A stretch of 63,456 nt of DNA, counting the filler, from Squatina squatina (lineage: Eukaryota): assembly GCA_031763465.1 (NCBI GenBank). It is 4 parts of 3 records of this genome, joined end to end, with 100 filler letters (N's around TTAATTAATTAA, not from the genome) between each part and the next. Parts side by side here need not be neighbours in the genome. Positions count along the whole stretch, not along the records: positions 1 to 19,539 come from JARFOE010000222.1; positions 19,640 to 35,025 come from JARFOE010000162.1; 2 more parts are not named here. One strand, given 5' to 3'. A program made the position numbers and the translations under genes. The notes under the pieces are model-generated. The model saw only the letters and a list, made by a program, of their open reading frames with translations, searched no databases and was not told the origin of the DNA. This document shows positions 11,601 through 24,441 of the stretch, in pieces; positions within the stretch are counted from its first letter, which is position 1, and the number at the start of each line of letters is the position of its first letter.

Positions 11601-13829
11601 AATGTACCCAGTTGGGGGGAAAATTACAAGAACAAGGGAAGACTGTGAGACACTAACTGGCTTCTTCCTGTCGCAATGTCATATATTAGGTGACAGGCTC
11701 CATATATAAAAAACTATCCTTTTTGTTTTAATATTTAATATTTTATGGGAATTCCATATTAAATACTTCTACTTTAATACCAGACCGATTTTGTACTCTT
11801 GTGTCCTATGACCATTTGATCAGGGGGCCCAAATTCATAAGCGGCGGGAGCCGGCATTTCTTGCGCCAGCTCCTGCCCCACCCCGTCGCCGAATATGCAG
11901 TTCCAGAGTGGNNNNNNNNNNNNNNNNNNNNNNNNNNNNNNNNNNNNNNNNNNNNNNNNNNNNNNNNNNNNNNNNNNNNNNNNNNNNNNNNNNNNNNNNN
12001 NNNNNNNNNNNGTTATTCTAAAATAGGACTCTTCCGTGCTATATGCTGTAAATGTTAATGGTACCCTCCCCTTTGAGAGGAGGCACCTGTTTGTGTCCTT
12101 GTGACCTTGGCTTGTCTGACGGTGCTTGTAAACTGGCCTGCTTAAATTAGGACCCCTGCCGTAGATGATGGAAGAGAGTTTATGGAACCACAACAGACCA
12201 AGCAGATTAATCTTGGAGATATTACTCATATGTTGATTGCTCCCTGGGCTCCAATGACAAAACAACTTATATAAAAACAGGTCATGTACCTACGCCTGAT
12301 GAAAAAAATCATGGCGCTGTGGAAAATATAGAACTGCCTGTGGGAATGGCAGCTGAACAATTGGAACAGCCCATTGACATTGAAAACATAGCAAAGCTGC
12401 ATATAAAGTTTATAGCAAAGTTAATTTAAATAATTTACAGAAGTTTCTCTGCCTCCCCTGAACACCCCCCACTCCCCCACCACTCCCTGCCCACATCAGT
12501 GAGCCACCAATTTGTCCTATCCTGCATGAAATCCAAGATTTGCCCTTGGTCTTGTACTCCCTAGTTTTAGCTACTCTGTGAGGGTTACATGAAGCATTAG
12601 TTTAAAAGCATTATGAAAATCAAAGAAACAACATATTTCTTAAAGAGCTTGACATGCTTCTTTAATAATAAAAAAAGCAGTTATTTTGAATAAATAATAC
12701 TCTGGGAATATATGCTCCATATTGAACCTTTAAGCTTTTCGACTAAAGTGAAGTGTTCTGGAAGACTGAAGTTTGATTCTCTTGATATTTTAACCTTGGA
12801 GAATAATGAATGCAGTCACGAAGTGACAGTTTTTTCTAGCCTTGGCCTACATAGCCGGCGATAATTAACTGCAGCCTATCTCATTGATCCAGGTAAAAGG
12901 CTTCTGTTTATAATTAGAATCAAAGTTATTAGGGGGTGGACGAAGCATCAAATCTTAAAACAGGAACTATTTGTTCTCAGAGGATTTGATTGGGTCAGGG
13001 GCAAGTAAACTTTGCTTTTTTTAAAATTTGGGCCACTTTTCATTAAAATTATGTAAGGTTTTGGCATTTTTAATGAAAATGAGGTCTTGCAGGATTTTAA
13101 TTATCTGATGAGATGCATCAGTGTCATCACTGGTCACTACAGTAATGTCACTAGAAATTAAATAACATTGGATGTGTGAAAAGCTTTTTCAGGCTAGAAC
13201 TTTTTAAGGTGGATAGGAGCTTTGAAGAAGCCTGGAATGTCAATGGGGAAAGTTCTGGATTCTAATGCATTGCAGGTTATTAAAATGGTTTTACATCAAT
13301 GTAACTTTGTATTACTACACAATGGTATGAAGTGTATTTTCTCCCCGTTTGCTCTTACCTTCTTGGGTCAAACATCATTCAGTATTCAAAACAAGCTCTT
13401 GGACCTGTTGCAAGGAGCTTGTCAAAGAGGGGATGTCGAAATGTGATACATCCCCCGCCTTCAAAGGTCATTCGGCAAAATCTTAAAGGATGAGGTCACT
13501 TAGAGGTCATAAAGAGATAACAAACAGTTTCTGACCTTTCCAAAGGAAGTTAAGATGTTTAAAATTGTTGCCCCTTTCCACAAACTATGGGGGAAAGGAA
13601 GCGGCTATATAAAAATAGTGGGTGTCAATGCAAATGAATGGAAACTTCCACTTCAGCCTAGCCAATGACAGGGCATCTAACTGCAAACTAGAATCAAGTG
13701 CTGTTTATCAAGGCAATGTTTGAGAAGATTGAGTAGTCTTATCTTGGCAGCTTCCTTTAGGTGAGTCATCTTCTTCAATATCTGTTCCCAGCTCCTGCAG
13801 AAAGTATACATAGAAGGCGAATGTAAAAT

Positions 13830-13935
13830 TAATGTTCTAAAAACAGGAAATATTTGGCAGGTCAGGTCAGGCAGCATCTGTGGAGAAACAGAGTTAAAGT
13901 TTCAGGTGAATGACTTTTCATCAGAACTGGAAAAA
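13830..13935 (+). repeat. Penelope-associated terminal repeat fragment
   Basis: caggtcaggcagcatctgtggagaaacagagttaaagtttcaggtgaatgacttttcatcagaactgg; related pieces at 38436-38460 and 57815-57862; family assignment from recall. Confidence 0.45.
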
Positions 13936-14035
13936 NNNNNNNNNNNNNNNNNNNNNNNNNNNNNNNNNNNNNNNNNNNNNNNNNNNNNNNNNNNNNNNNN
14001 NNNNNNNNNNNNNNNNNNNNNNNNNNNNNNNNNNN

Positions 14036-14815
14036 GGTGACCAGGTCTATCCCTTGACCACCTGGCTCGTGACTCTGCTCTGCAACCCAACCACATGTAG
14101 TCAGCATGTGTACAATGAAAGCCATGCTGCCACAGCATAGAGTAGACCACTGGGGTGCTGAAGCAACAGTTCCACTGCCTGGACCGTTCTGGAGGAGCCT
14201 TACAGTACTCACTGGAGCATGTGTCCCAATTCGTGGTGGTCAGTTGTATCCTCCACAAACTGATTGACATGAGGGCACAGCCCTTGCCACCAGGGATAAG
14301 CCCACCATCTCAGGGGAAGGAGGAAGAGGAGAAAGAGGAAGGGGAGGAAGCGTAAGAGGAGGAGGAGTAAGAAGAAGGAAGGAGGCAAACCAGGCAGCCC
14401 CTTTCTGGCCAGGATATCCAGGAATGAATCATTGGCCTGCAGTACCAGTGACCACAACCCTAATTTCCCTTTCAACATTAGCCCCACTACTTGCCTTCCC
14501 CCTGTTACTGACCATCACATCATCCTCTTGGCCACAATGCTGAAATAAAATCCACCACAAAGCCAACTTTATACATCTATCCATCCAATATTACATCAAA
14601 AAAATCAACTAATTACCCTTGTCCCTTAGTGACTGTCTTGTGTGTACCTTTTCATATCCTAGCCCTCCTATGCAGTGCTACCCCAGTGGCTGCAGCATAG
14701 CTGGTGAAAAGCTGTTGACTTTCAGTGGGGGAGACTGTAGATGACCTTACTGGATGATCTAAATGGAGCTCTGGGCCCAGTAGGCCCAGCTTCAGACTGC
14801 AACGCCCGTTTTCAG
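14036..14815 (+). mobile_element. Degenerate PIF/Harbinger transposon fragment (transposase C-terminus, Glu-rich tail, convergent ORF end)
   Basis: GVLKQQFHCLDRSGGALQYSLEHVSQFVVVSCILH is HARBI1-like DDE C-terminal sequence; paralogous to 15480-16220. Confidence 0.8.
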
Positions 14816-14943
14816 ACAATATCCCTTTGCTAGGCTATAAGTCNNNNNNNNNNNNNNNNNNNNNNNNNNNNNNNNNNNNNNNNNNNNNNNNNNNNNNNNN
14901 NNNNNNNNNNNNNNNNNNNNNNNNNNNNNNNNNNNNNNNNNNN

Positions 14944-15870
14944 TGTTTTGGTCATAGAACTCTGTCACCTTCTGCAACCAGGCCTGCAGCCCAAGAGCAG
15001 GGTGACCATGGCACTGCCAATAGCCCTCAATGTCACCATGATCCTCAATTTCTTTGCCAGCCGATCCCTGCAGTCTGCAGCAGGAGACATAGCTAACATT
15101 TCCCAGTTCGCCGTCCATCACTGCATCCGAGAGGTCACAGAGGCTCTGCACTCCAGGAGAAGGGACTTCATTGTCTTCTCTCTGAAGAGCGAGAAGCAGA
15201 ACAAGAACGCATGTGGCTTTGCGAGGATATTGGACTTCCCCCATGGTGCAGGGCCCCATCGACTGCACGCGTGTGGCTTTGCAAGCAAAGAATGCCAATC
15301 CTGAGATGTTCCGTAACCTCAAAGGGATCCATTCACTTAGTGTGCAGTTGTTGTGTGCCCATGCCCAGCATATCATGATGGTGAATGCTGGGTATCCTGG
15401 CAGAAGTCATGATGCCTTCCTCCTGCACCAGTCCGCTGTGCCAGCAACCTTCCAGCAACCACGTCAAACCCAAGGGTGACTGCTAGGCGACAAGGGCCAT
15501 CCGCTCTACATCTGACTGATGACCCCACTCCACAACCCCCTCACCTGTGGCCAACAATCATATAATGGCATTCATGCTGCCATCGAGAAGACCATCGGGG
15601 TGCTCAAGCAATGGTTCCAATCCCTTCACTGCTCGGGAGGAGCCCTCCAGTACTCGCTGGAGTGGGTGTCCCAATTCGTGGTGGTTTGCTGCATCCTCCA
15701 CAACTTGGCCATCATGAGGGCGCAGCCCTTGCCACTACAGGTTCGGTGGCCACCTCAGTGGGAGGAGGAGGAGGCAAAGGATGAAGGGAGGTGGCAGCCT
15801 GCAAAATCCCCGTTCCAGACAAGCTGTCAGTGAGCACATCATCAGACTTCAGTTCACCTGAATGAAGCCC
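14944..15870 (+). pseudogene. Harbinger (HARBI1-like) DDE transposase, disrupted
   Basis: HTH-region ALPIALNVTMILNFFAS..Q..GDIANISQFAVHHCI, then VQGPIDCT, FRNLKGIHSLSVQ, YPGRSHDAFLL, G*LLGDKG and IEKTIGVLKQWF; frameshift near 15240 and in-frame stops near 15478 and 15513. Confidence 0.9.
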
Positions 15871-16034
15871 CAGATCCCGTTGCTCAACATGTCCCCATGT
15901 TACCATCTCTCTGTCATAGAATATCACAGCGTCCTCTTGGGCACAATGCTGGAATGAAAGCCACTACAAAACAAACATTCCAAACATAATTTATAAATGA
16001 TTCACTCCAAAACTACATAACAAAGTCAACGAAT

Positions 16035-16760
16035 TACCCTTGAGCATTCCCTTAGTGCCTGTCTTTTGTGTGCCTTTAACTATCCTCGTGCTCCTATGAA
16101 GTGCTACCCCAGTGGCTGCAGCATGGCTGGTGGAAGGCTGCTGAATTTCTGTGGGTGAGGCTGCAGATGGCCTTGCAGGATGACCTCAAGCAGTTCTGTG
16201 CCTAGAAGGCCCGGCTGTAGACTACACCAACTTGGCAAGGGCAGCAGCAGTCTGGGTAGGCTGGCTGAAAGGCAACAGAAAGGGCACTGGCAGAGTGACA
16301 GTGCTGGAAGTATGAGTGCCGTCATCCTGAGAGAGTTTGTGCTCCACGGAGCCACTGCCACTCCCCCAGGGCAGGGTCTCATCAATCCTAGTAATTTGTT
16401 GGAGGACAGATTGCTGGCCTGCTGTGAGATGCTGCAAGCCTCTTCCTACACTGGTAAACAAAGCCACAATGGCAGCAGTCTGAGCTTGCGTGGCAGAAAG
16501 CTGAGCCTGCATGAGAGATTTCGGATCGCCTCCGCTTGTGCTGAGACATCGCCCATCACACTCAGCATCATGGCTGCGTCCACAAGTGCTCTAATGGAGT
16601 TGCCCATCATTTCCAATCTGGACATCATGGGTCTCAAGCTCTGCACAAAGCCCCATGCAAGGTTGGAGCTAGACTCCTCCATGCTCCTTGACAGTGGCAA
16701 AAGGCTCTCTGGCAGGCCTGCCAAAGTAACAAGAATTTCTGTGTGCACACCCATTACCCT
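16035..16760 (-). mobile_element. Convergent second ORF of the Harbinger element (C-terminal part of the probable Myb/SANT partner), degenerate
   Basis: Overlapping minus-strand ORFs (VMGVHTEILVTLAGLPESL...; MQAQLSATQAQTAAIVA...) run tail-to-tail into the transposase; the same junction is repeated at 14610-14815; identity as the Myb partner is inferred. Confidence 0.5.
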
Positions 16761-17731
16761 NNNNNNNNNNNNNNNNNNNNNNNNNNNNNNNNNNNNNNNN
16801 NNNNNNNNNNNNNNNNNNNNNNNNNNNNNNNNNNNNNNNNNNNNNNNNNNNNNNNNNNNNAACACAGCTGCAGACTTCTTTTTGTGTTCACCACCTGAGG
16901 TACTTCAACCACACAAAGACCAGATAAACTGCTGTTTTGTGGTTTCTGGTCCCACACCCCCCGCCCCCCAACTAACTGTGAGCCATCCGCTCCACCTAAA
17001 GATTACTATGGCAACCAATCTGAGGAATGGTACAGGGTTGTCTGTTATAAACTCTTCCCTTCGATTCAAGCCCAGCAATTAGTGGCTGCAGTGACGTACT
17101 TGTAAAGAAACCTTTCATTTGCTTGCAAAGCTCATCAAAGGTGAGGCTGTGCAGCCCACGTAACCTCCTCATGTCTGGTTACAAGTTGATACATAAGCAG
17201 CTTTAGAGTGGAAAACAATGGGCATTAAATCAATCGGAGTAATTTTTACACCTTGTACTGTAGGGACTCAAAGAATAATTTTCACAGAACAAGCTGCCTC
17301 ATAATATCGAGTTACTGGGGCTGATTATTGCCTGGAAATGGCGCAGGGTGCGGGAGCGGGATGAAAATCAAGAAAATAAGATCTGCTGACTTACTGCCGG
17401 AGGTCACCCGTTCCAATTTTGAGGTGGATCTCCAGCCGGAAACAGGCGGAGGCATTAAAATATTCAAACAGGGGTCAATTGACATCGTCAGGATCAAAGC
17501 TATTTATTTGTCAATCAGCAGTGCCACCACTACCTCCACAACCTGGCCACAAACTATGGGCGGGGCAGGTCAGGAAGTGGCCATTACGGCTCTATTTAAA
17601 TAGACACTCAAAGGAAGAGGAGTAGGCCATTNNNNNNNNNNNNNNNNNNNNNNNNNNNNNNNNNNNNNNNNNNNNNNNNNNNNNNNNNNNNNNNNNNNNN
17701 NNNNNNNNNNNNNNNNNNNNNNNNNNNNNNN

Positions 17732-18054
17732 CGTGGGGGATTCTAGAACTAGGAGGCATAGTTTCAGAATAAGGGGTCGCCCATTTAAGACGGAGAAGAG
17801 GAGGAATTTCTTCTCTCGGAGAGTTGTGAATCTTTGGAATTCTTAACCCCAGAGAGTTGTGCAGGCTGAGTCATTGAAAATGTTCAAGGCTGAGATAGAC
17901 AGATTTTTGAGCAACAGGTGAGGAAAGGGTTATGGGGAACAGGCAGGAAAGTGGAGTTAATGTTAGAATCAGATCAGCCATGATCTCATTGAATGGCGGA
18001 GCAGGCTCAAGGGGCCGAATGGCCTCCTCATGCTCCTATTTCTTATGGTCTTAT
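17732..18054 (+). mobile_element. CR1 LINE 3' end (shark HER1-like)
   Basis: ORF2 end SRTRRHSFRIRGRPFKTE..RNFFS.RVVNLWNS, then 3' tail gaatggcggagcaggctcaaggggccgaatggcctcctcatgctcctatttcttatg. Confidence 0.85.
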
Positions 18055-18756
18055 TAAAATTAGCAAATCATGCCATATTCAAGTGCTCTGCCCCAGGGGA
18101 AGCTGGGATAGACTCCTGTAATTCAATTACTCTTAGGTTCCTCCATTATCTCCTATGTTTTCCTGATTTGTAACTCAGGTTCAAGGAGGGATAGGGTTGA
18201 ATGACAGCATAACATTCTGCAGTTTTGTCTGTCCTCTATCATACTGCAGTATGAAATTAAGTGGTAGATCACATTCAAATAAGGAATAATCCAGATTGTT
18301 AATAGTTTTATAGTAGTTCTGATCATGGTATTTTTGTGAACCATAACTGATTTGTTTAAATTTAAAAACCTGCTAGTTCCATGAGTTTACCCACTATATG
18401 TTATCCCAAAGCCTTTCATCATCTTTTACCTAAACATTACATTCAATCCCATTACAAAGGCAGACACTGAACACTCAAGGCAGACTAAGGTTGCGTGAAG
18501 AGTAAGTACAGTAATTAAGGCAGCGGGTGGCATGATAAATTTAAGGCACATTTTTGTGACGTATCCAGCATCTAAATTCACTGAAAATCTTGGGTGTGGG
18601 CTTATGATGAACTACCCTGGCAGCAGGCTATAAGCTGAGTACAGCTAAAGCAAAGCCTAAAAATCTTAAGTGAGCGTTGCAAATGGTTTTAAGTCAACAA
18701 TTTTTTTTAAGTTCCAAACCTAAGAGAGCCTGTTTTAGGAAATTTTGGATTAATTC

Positions 18757-19100
18757 ATTGAAAGTTATGCTTCAGTTCTACAGAGCCTTGATCAGACCTC
18801 ATCTGAAGTACTGTCTTCATCGCTGGGCAACGCAGCTCAGGAAGGAAATATTGACCTTGGCGGGGGTGCAATGCATATTCACCAGAATGATAGGTCTAAA
18901 TTATGAGGGCACGTTGCATAAACTTGGTTTATATTACCCTGAATTTAGAAGATTGAGAGGTTTTTAAAATGATAAAGGGATTCAATAGGGTAGACACAGG
19001 GAAACTATTTCCTCTGGTGGGGAATCCAGAACAAAAGGGCATAATCTTAAAGTTAGAGTTAGGCCATTTGGAATTAAAATCAGGAAGCCCTTTTTCACAT
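18757..19100 (+). mobile_element. CR1 LINE ORF2 fragment
   Basis: KVMLQFYRALIRPHLKYC...VQCIFTRMIGLNYEGTLHKLGLY..EFRRLRG. Confidence 0.85.
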
Positions 19101-19539
19101 TAAAAAGTAACAGCCAATACGGACTAAAAGGCAATGGTAATTCTGGTAATGTTGTAATTATGGTAGATAAAGCATCTTTAGTCTCGCTTATTACAGACTT
19201 CACACTACACAAGTGTATGTCTGGTGAATTTAGTGAGCTGTTTTTTGTCCCATTCAACAGCCCTTCTGTTGACAAAATGCACTAAATGCACTTGTAATAT
19301 AATGTCATAGGAAAATGTTACATTTCAAGAAAGAGAGCTTTAAAAAGTTGTAGAGAAGCATTTCAATTTACCCTTGGAAAAAGGTAAAGATTTTCATCAA
19401 GAGCCTGCTAATGGCTTAAATGGGTAAATTAGCAGGCATTTAGGAAAGTTCAAGCTGTTGTTACACAGAATTTACAGCACAGAAACAGGCCATTCAGTCC
19501 AACCGGTCTGTGCTCCAACCCTACTTCATCGAACCCTAT

Positions 19540-19639
19540 NNNNNNNNNNNNNNNNNNNNNNNNNNNNNNNNNNNNNNNNNNNNTTAATTAATTAANNNNN
19601 NNNNNNNNNNNNNNNNNNNNNNNNNNNNNNNNNNNNNNN
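19540..19639. other. Artificial scaffold spacer (44N-TTAATTAATTAA-44N)
   Basis: Palindromic six-frame-stop 12-mer at 19584-19595 centred in a 100-bp N block; unrelated genes on either side. Confidence 0.95.
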
Positions 19640-21727
19640 TTATCTTTCCTCTTTGGTCATTACTGAGTTTCAGTGTTACAGTTTAGATATCCTGCACCAG
19701 TTATTATAATGTAAGTATTCACAATGGGATGGCATCACATGTCAGAGGAGAGGCAGCACAGTCTATTTTTTTACAATTTGCTAATGAGATATTCACTACC
19801 TTCTGTTTTACCATGATTTTATACACACATTGTAACATATTCACATATTAAAAACAAATCTTTATGAATTTCAATTGTTAAAAAAAACACACATGAATAA
19901 TGGTTTATAGCACAACCCACCATTAGTTTACTAACCACTTGGAAAATGATGAGAAAGATGACAAGATTTATTGGAATCTAGATCTATGTACTCTTAATAA
20001 GTGCGTAACTAATTTTCCACAATTTTTTATGCACTTCTCGGTGTAGACAGTTAAAAGGATTACATATAAAACATGTTGGAGTATAAAAACTCATTTATTT
20101 GGAAAACTTCTGTCTGACATTTACAGTAATAAGATGGTTCAGGACTGCATTATGCACTTAGATTAAGATATTTACAATATACTGACTAGACTCCAGCGTG
20201 TAGACAACAGATTAGCTGTCACAGTGGTGAAATTGGGAGGGNNNNNNNNNNGGGAGGGCATGAATATACTAAAAAGGAAAATTTTCATCACTTTGCAGTT
20301 AATTGGACAAATTTCCATCAATATATCCAGCAGAGAATTTGGCCATTTACAAATGGGGGACACTGACACTAGCAACAGTGCCATGTCTAACTCATTTCTT
20401 TAGCTAGTGCTGACATTTGAAGGCAGATCTCAGAATATTTATTGTTACACAGTCCTATTGGTTATTGATATTGTATTCAGAAAAGATAGTNNNNNNNNNN
20501 NNNNNNNNNNNNNNNNNNNNNNNNNNNNNNNNNNNNNNNNNNNNNNNNNNNNNNNNNNNNNNNNNNNNNNNNNNNNNNNNNNNNNNNNNNCTCTGTAATG
20601 GGGAAAGATAGTCTTTAAAGTGGGAGTAGTTTATCTTTCACTTTTCAAAATTTCTTGTTCATATAACTAAGCAAGATCATTTGTCCATAAATAGGCTCCC
20701 ATATATTATGTCAGTTTGAACATAACTTTTGTTATTTATTCAGTATTATATATATTCCAAAATCATTACTACGAATTAAGCATTCCAACACTCAAATATA
20801 ATCAAATTTTCTCAGATCTATTAGTCTTGTCCTTTGCTAATCCATACACAAAAAAAGATCAATCTCGCTGATGGAATCTTCAATAGCCGCAAAAGGTAAG
20901 AAAGACAGAAGAAAAATCTACAAGATATAGTAATGCTGACATAAGGGTATCTAAAAATGAAAAATCTGACAGCTGGATACAAACCATTGATGACATATGG
21001 CTTAATGACTTGTTTTCCATCTATCAAGGCTGTTTTCATTTTCTGTAAAATAAATTAACATGGACAGTTTGGACTTTATAATATATTTCTGAATGCCTGG
21101 CATAAACCCCAGGACATCTAGTAGTCACTTGGCACTCTTCTGAAGAAGAAATGCAATCTTCAAAATGTGTAAGATAGATATTTTAGCACCACAGAATACA
21201 GTGCACTATTCTTGTGACTTAAGGGAGGACAGATGCTAACTAGTTTCATTGTCCTTTCCTACTACAGATCGGTCCTGGGTCTGGCTGTGCAAGGCATTAG
21301 GTACAAAATTCTAGATATTTGTATTTAATAATAAGCACTACTGGTGACTACGTGCTGCAGTTTACATGCAAACTTGTCTAAAGAGCGCCAGCAGTGAGCA
21401 CTTAGTTGACATCAGCATTTTTAAATTTCCTCCAAACAGTGTTTTATTTTTATTGTTAATAGTTGAAAGCTTCAGAACACTCACAAATCATTCAGAAGAC
21501 TAGCCTACTCTTAGCACCTCGTTATTGGTCCCTGATGTATCATAAATACCAAATTCTCTGGCAAACAAAGAATGCCAAGTGCCTGAGCAATATCAATCAC
21601 ACTTAACTGCATCAGATGAGTGTACTTNNNNNNNNNNNNNNNNNNNNNNNNNNNNNNNNNNNNNNNNNNNNNNNNNNNNNNNNNNNNNNNNNNNNNNNNN
21701 NNNNNNNNNNNNNNNNNNNNNNNNNNN

Positions 21728-22047
21728 CTTCAGCAGCACCTCCCTAACCCATGGCCTCTACCACCTAAAAATAACAGGGCAGCAGGCACATTGGAACACC
21801 ACCACCTCCACGTTCCCCTCCAAGTCACCCGCCATCCTGAATTGGAAGTATATCGCTGTTGCTTCATCGTCGCTGGGTCAAGATCCTGGAACTCCCTCCC
21901 TAACAGCACTGTGGGAGTTCCTTCACCACACGACTGCAGCGGTTCAAGATGGCGGCTCACCACCACCCTCTCAAGGGCAATTAGGGATGGGCAATAAATG
22001 CTGGCCTTGCCAGTGACGCCCACATCCCATAAATGACAAAAAAAAAG
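21728..22047 (+). mobile_element. LINE (CR1-clade) 3' end with A-rich tail
   Basis: FIVAGSRSWNSLPNSTVG.. then ggcaataaatgctggccttgccagtgacgcccacatccc and poly-A; opposite-strand relative at 58946-59085. Confidence 0.7.
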
Positions 22048-22340
22048 AATGTGATGGAATTAAGTTCGGCATCTAATTGAATGCAATTGTATTGAATTAG
22101 TCTCTATAACTGCACTAGCATAGTGTACATTACAATTTGATACTGAATCAATACATGTACTGCTGTTTTTATCCCTAGATGCGTTGGATATAATGCACAT
22201 TATTAATACTTAAATCTGTGTAATACATCACATTTGTAAACAAAATAATGGTTTACAGGAGCCTGTAACTGGATGCACCGGTAGAGATTTTTTTGAAAAT
22301 GTTGTTCCCAAATGTGGGACAAATGCCCAGAGAAGGTCTC

Positions 22341-22425
22341 CTCTACACTGTGGGAGACCGAATGCAGATTGGGTGACTGCTTTGCGGAACACCTCCAGTC
22401 AGTCCGCAAGTGTGACCCTGAGCCT
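22341..22425 (+). mobile_element. Penelope-like GIY-YIG endonuclease remnant
   Basis: LY/ETECRLGDCFAEHLQSVRK resembles the YIGET.R.L..RF.EH motif; frameshifted. Confidence 0.6.
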
Positions 22426-22956
22426 TTACTATAATTTATCATGGTTTCATTTCTCTGCATTGGGAGTCTTTTTCAAGACTGCCTTATGTATTCTTCAGTA
22501 GCAAGGTGCTAGCCAAACAGTCCTGATACATGGTAGAAAGAGAGTGAACCTGAACAGGGCCTATAGCATTGGGAGCCAGAAAACAAATCATGCCTATAGT
22601 TATAAAGCAAAAATATTTTCCCACAAACAAATTGCAGTGTGATATAGAGGGAAACTTCTGCAGTTGCTGTGGGTGGCAACATCGTAAATGTGTTCAAAAG
22701 ATGTATTCACGATGTCGCTAACCAGTAGCCAGAGCAGCTCTTCCCTCGTGCCTCATTACTATGTTAATTTCCCTTATGTAAACCATGAGACTGTAAAATA
22801 ACATTAAATTACATTTTTATTCAATCTGCACATCATCCTCAAATATGGTGATTATANNNNNNNNNNNNNNNNNNNNNNNNNNNNNNNNNNNNNNNNNNNN
22901 NNNNNNNNNNNNNNNNNNNNNNNNNNNNNNNNNNNNNNNNNNNNNNNNNNNNNNNN

Positions 22957-23031
22957 ATGATCATATTCAATGGCGGTGCAGGCTCGAAGGGCCGAATGGC
23001 CTACTCCTGCACCTATTTTTCTATGTTTCTA
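22957..23031 (+). mobile_element. CR1 3' tail fragment
   Basis: aatggcggtgcaggctcgaagggccgaatggcctactcctgcacctattttctatgtttctatg, same tail as 17985-18050. Confidence 0.8.
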
Positions 23032-23082
23032 TGATAGGGATTGGTGCAAGGCAGCGCAGCTCAAATCCTATTAAAGGGAAAG

Positions 23083-23240
23083 GAAAGAACTCGCATTTAT
23101 ATAACACTTTTCACACCCTCAAGATATCCCAAAGTGCTTTACTGCCAATTAAATAGTTTTTGAAGTGTAGTCACTGGTTCAATGGAGGGAATCACAGCAG
23201 CCAATTGACACACAGCAAGCTCCTACATACAGCAATGTTT
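23083..23240 (-). mobile_element. 3' part of a Deu-domain tRNA-SINE, interrupted by a DNA element
   Basis: aagaactcgcatttatata...tttgaagtgtagtcact...gcagccaatt..cacagcaagctcc matches 46155-46300 and 48818-48945. Confidence 0.75.
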
Positions 23241-23242
23241 TA

Positions 23243-23898
23243 GGGGTAGAAATTCTCAAGCACCCCGATTTGAGGCAGTAACCGGCTTGGGATGGGACTT
23301 CCTGCAGCCGGCATGGCAGTCCCACCCTGGCAACGAAATTGCAGTTACCGCCCCTCACTCGTTCCAGTTCCTGATGGGACGGGTTCCGGGGTGAGACTGG
23401 GGCTCTGGCGCTGACATGGTTCAATGTCCCTCCCCTTCGCTTATAGGGGAGGGCCGCTGCGCACTCTGCTGGGCCCCTGATGGCCTCCACTGGATCACCA
23501 GGGCAGCATGGAACCGAGGCCGCAGCCCAGCACCCAAAAGGGGGTGAGTCGGCCAAACAAGTAAGATGGCAGTGCGGGGCGCTCCCGACCTCCCCTTTAA
23601 TTTCCGCCCCGCGAGCGGAGGTCGGCCCAGTTCATGACCTACGAGGCTGGCGTTGGCCCTGCTCGCGGCAGCCTCATGGGGTGCAGGGCAATATCTGCCA
23701 CGGGGTGGAAAGGGGTCGGAGCACAGCACTAAGGGGTTGTCGTGCACGGTGATGACATCATCGCCCATTACGCAGCAGCCCGGGGTGCAACATCGCGGGA
23801 GACGGTAGCGCCCCCCGCCACACCAAAAACTATTTTGCGCCCCATTAGCACCCCCAGAGGCACTAATGGGCAGCACAAAAAAGAACAATTTTGACCCC
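23243..23898. mobile_element. Non-autonomous DNA element (MITE-like) with terminal inverted repeats
   Basis: Left GGGGTAGAAATT, right AATTTTGACCCC (reverse complement GGGGTCAAAATT, 10/12 match); CpG-rich interior; ungapped; no clean target-site duplication. Confidence 0.7.
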
Positions 23899-24441
23899 AT
23901 TGAGCCCTGTGCCTGAATTCACAATATGCACTCGCATTGCACAAAATTAAACACCAGAATCACCAAATTGCAAAATGTACCCCAAAACCACAATTTGTAT
24001 AAAAGAACACAGAAGTTCAAAGGAAAAATGGGCTAGTGCATTTTCTTGACACTAAAATATAAATAGCTGCTTGTCAAAAGGTTAAAATGAATTTCCACAG
24101 CGCTGTTAAATTCTGTAATGCTATAAAGGATTGTTTGAGTTAGTATAACAGCACATAAAATACATCAGTCACCAGTTCAGAAAAGCTTTTGAAGTCTGCT
24201 GTACCTTATTTCAAAGGCACTTGTTCTGAATACAGTATTTCTTGAGATGTAGGCTTGTGATAGTGATTGAAGTGAACCTTGTTTATACCTTAAAGCTGCT
24301 TAGATTAACAAAATTCCAAATTTATGTATTAATCTTCTTACNNNNNNNNNNNNNNNNNNNNNNNNNNNNNNNNNNNNNNNNNNNNNNNNNNNNNNNNNNN
24401 NNNNNNNNNNNNNNNNNNNNNNNNNNNNNNNNNNNNNNNNN

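Noticed and set aside
16180-17082. 300-aa plus-strand ORF
   Set aside because: Antisense shadow of the Harbinger second ORF, extended through an N gap; no recognisable domain
23179-23900. Overlapping 90-159 aa ORFs and CpG-island appearance
   Set aside because: They lie within a TIR-bounded GC-rich element; open frames reflect GC content
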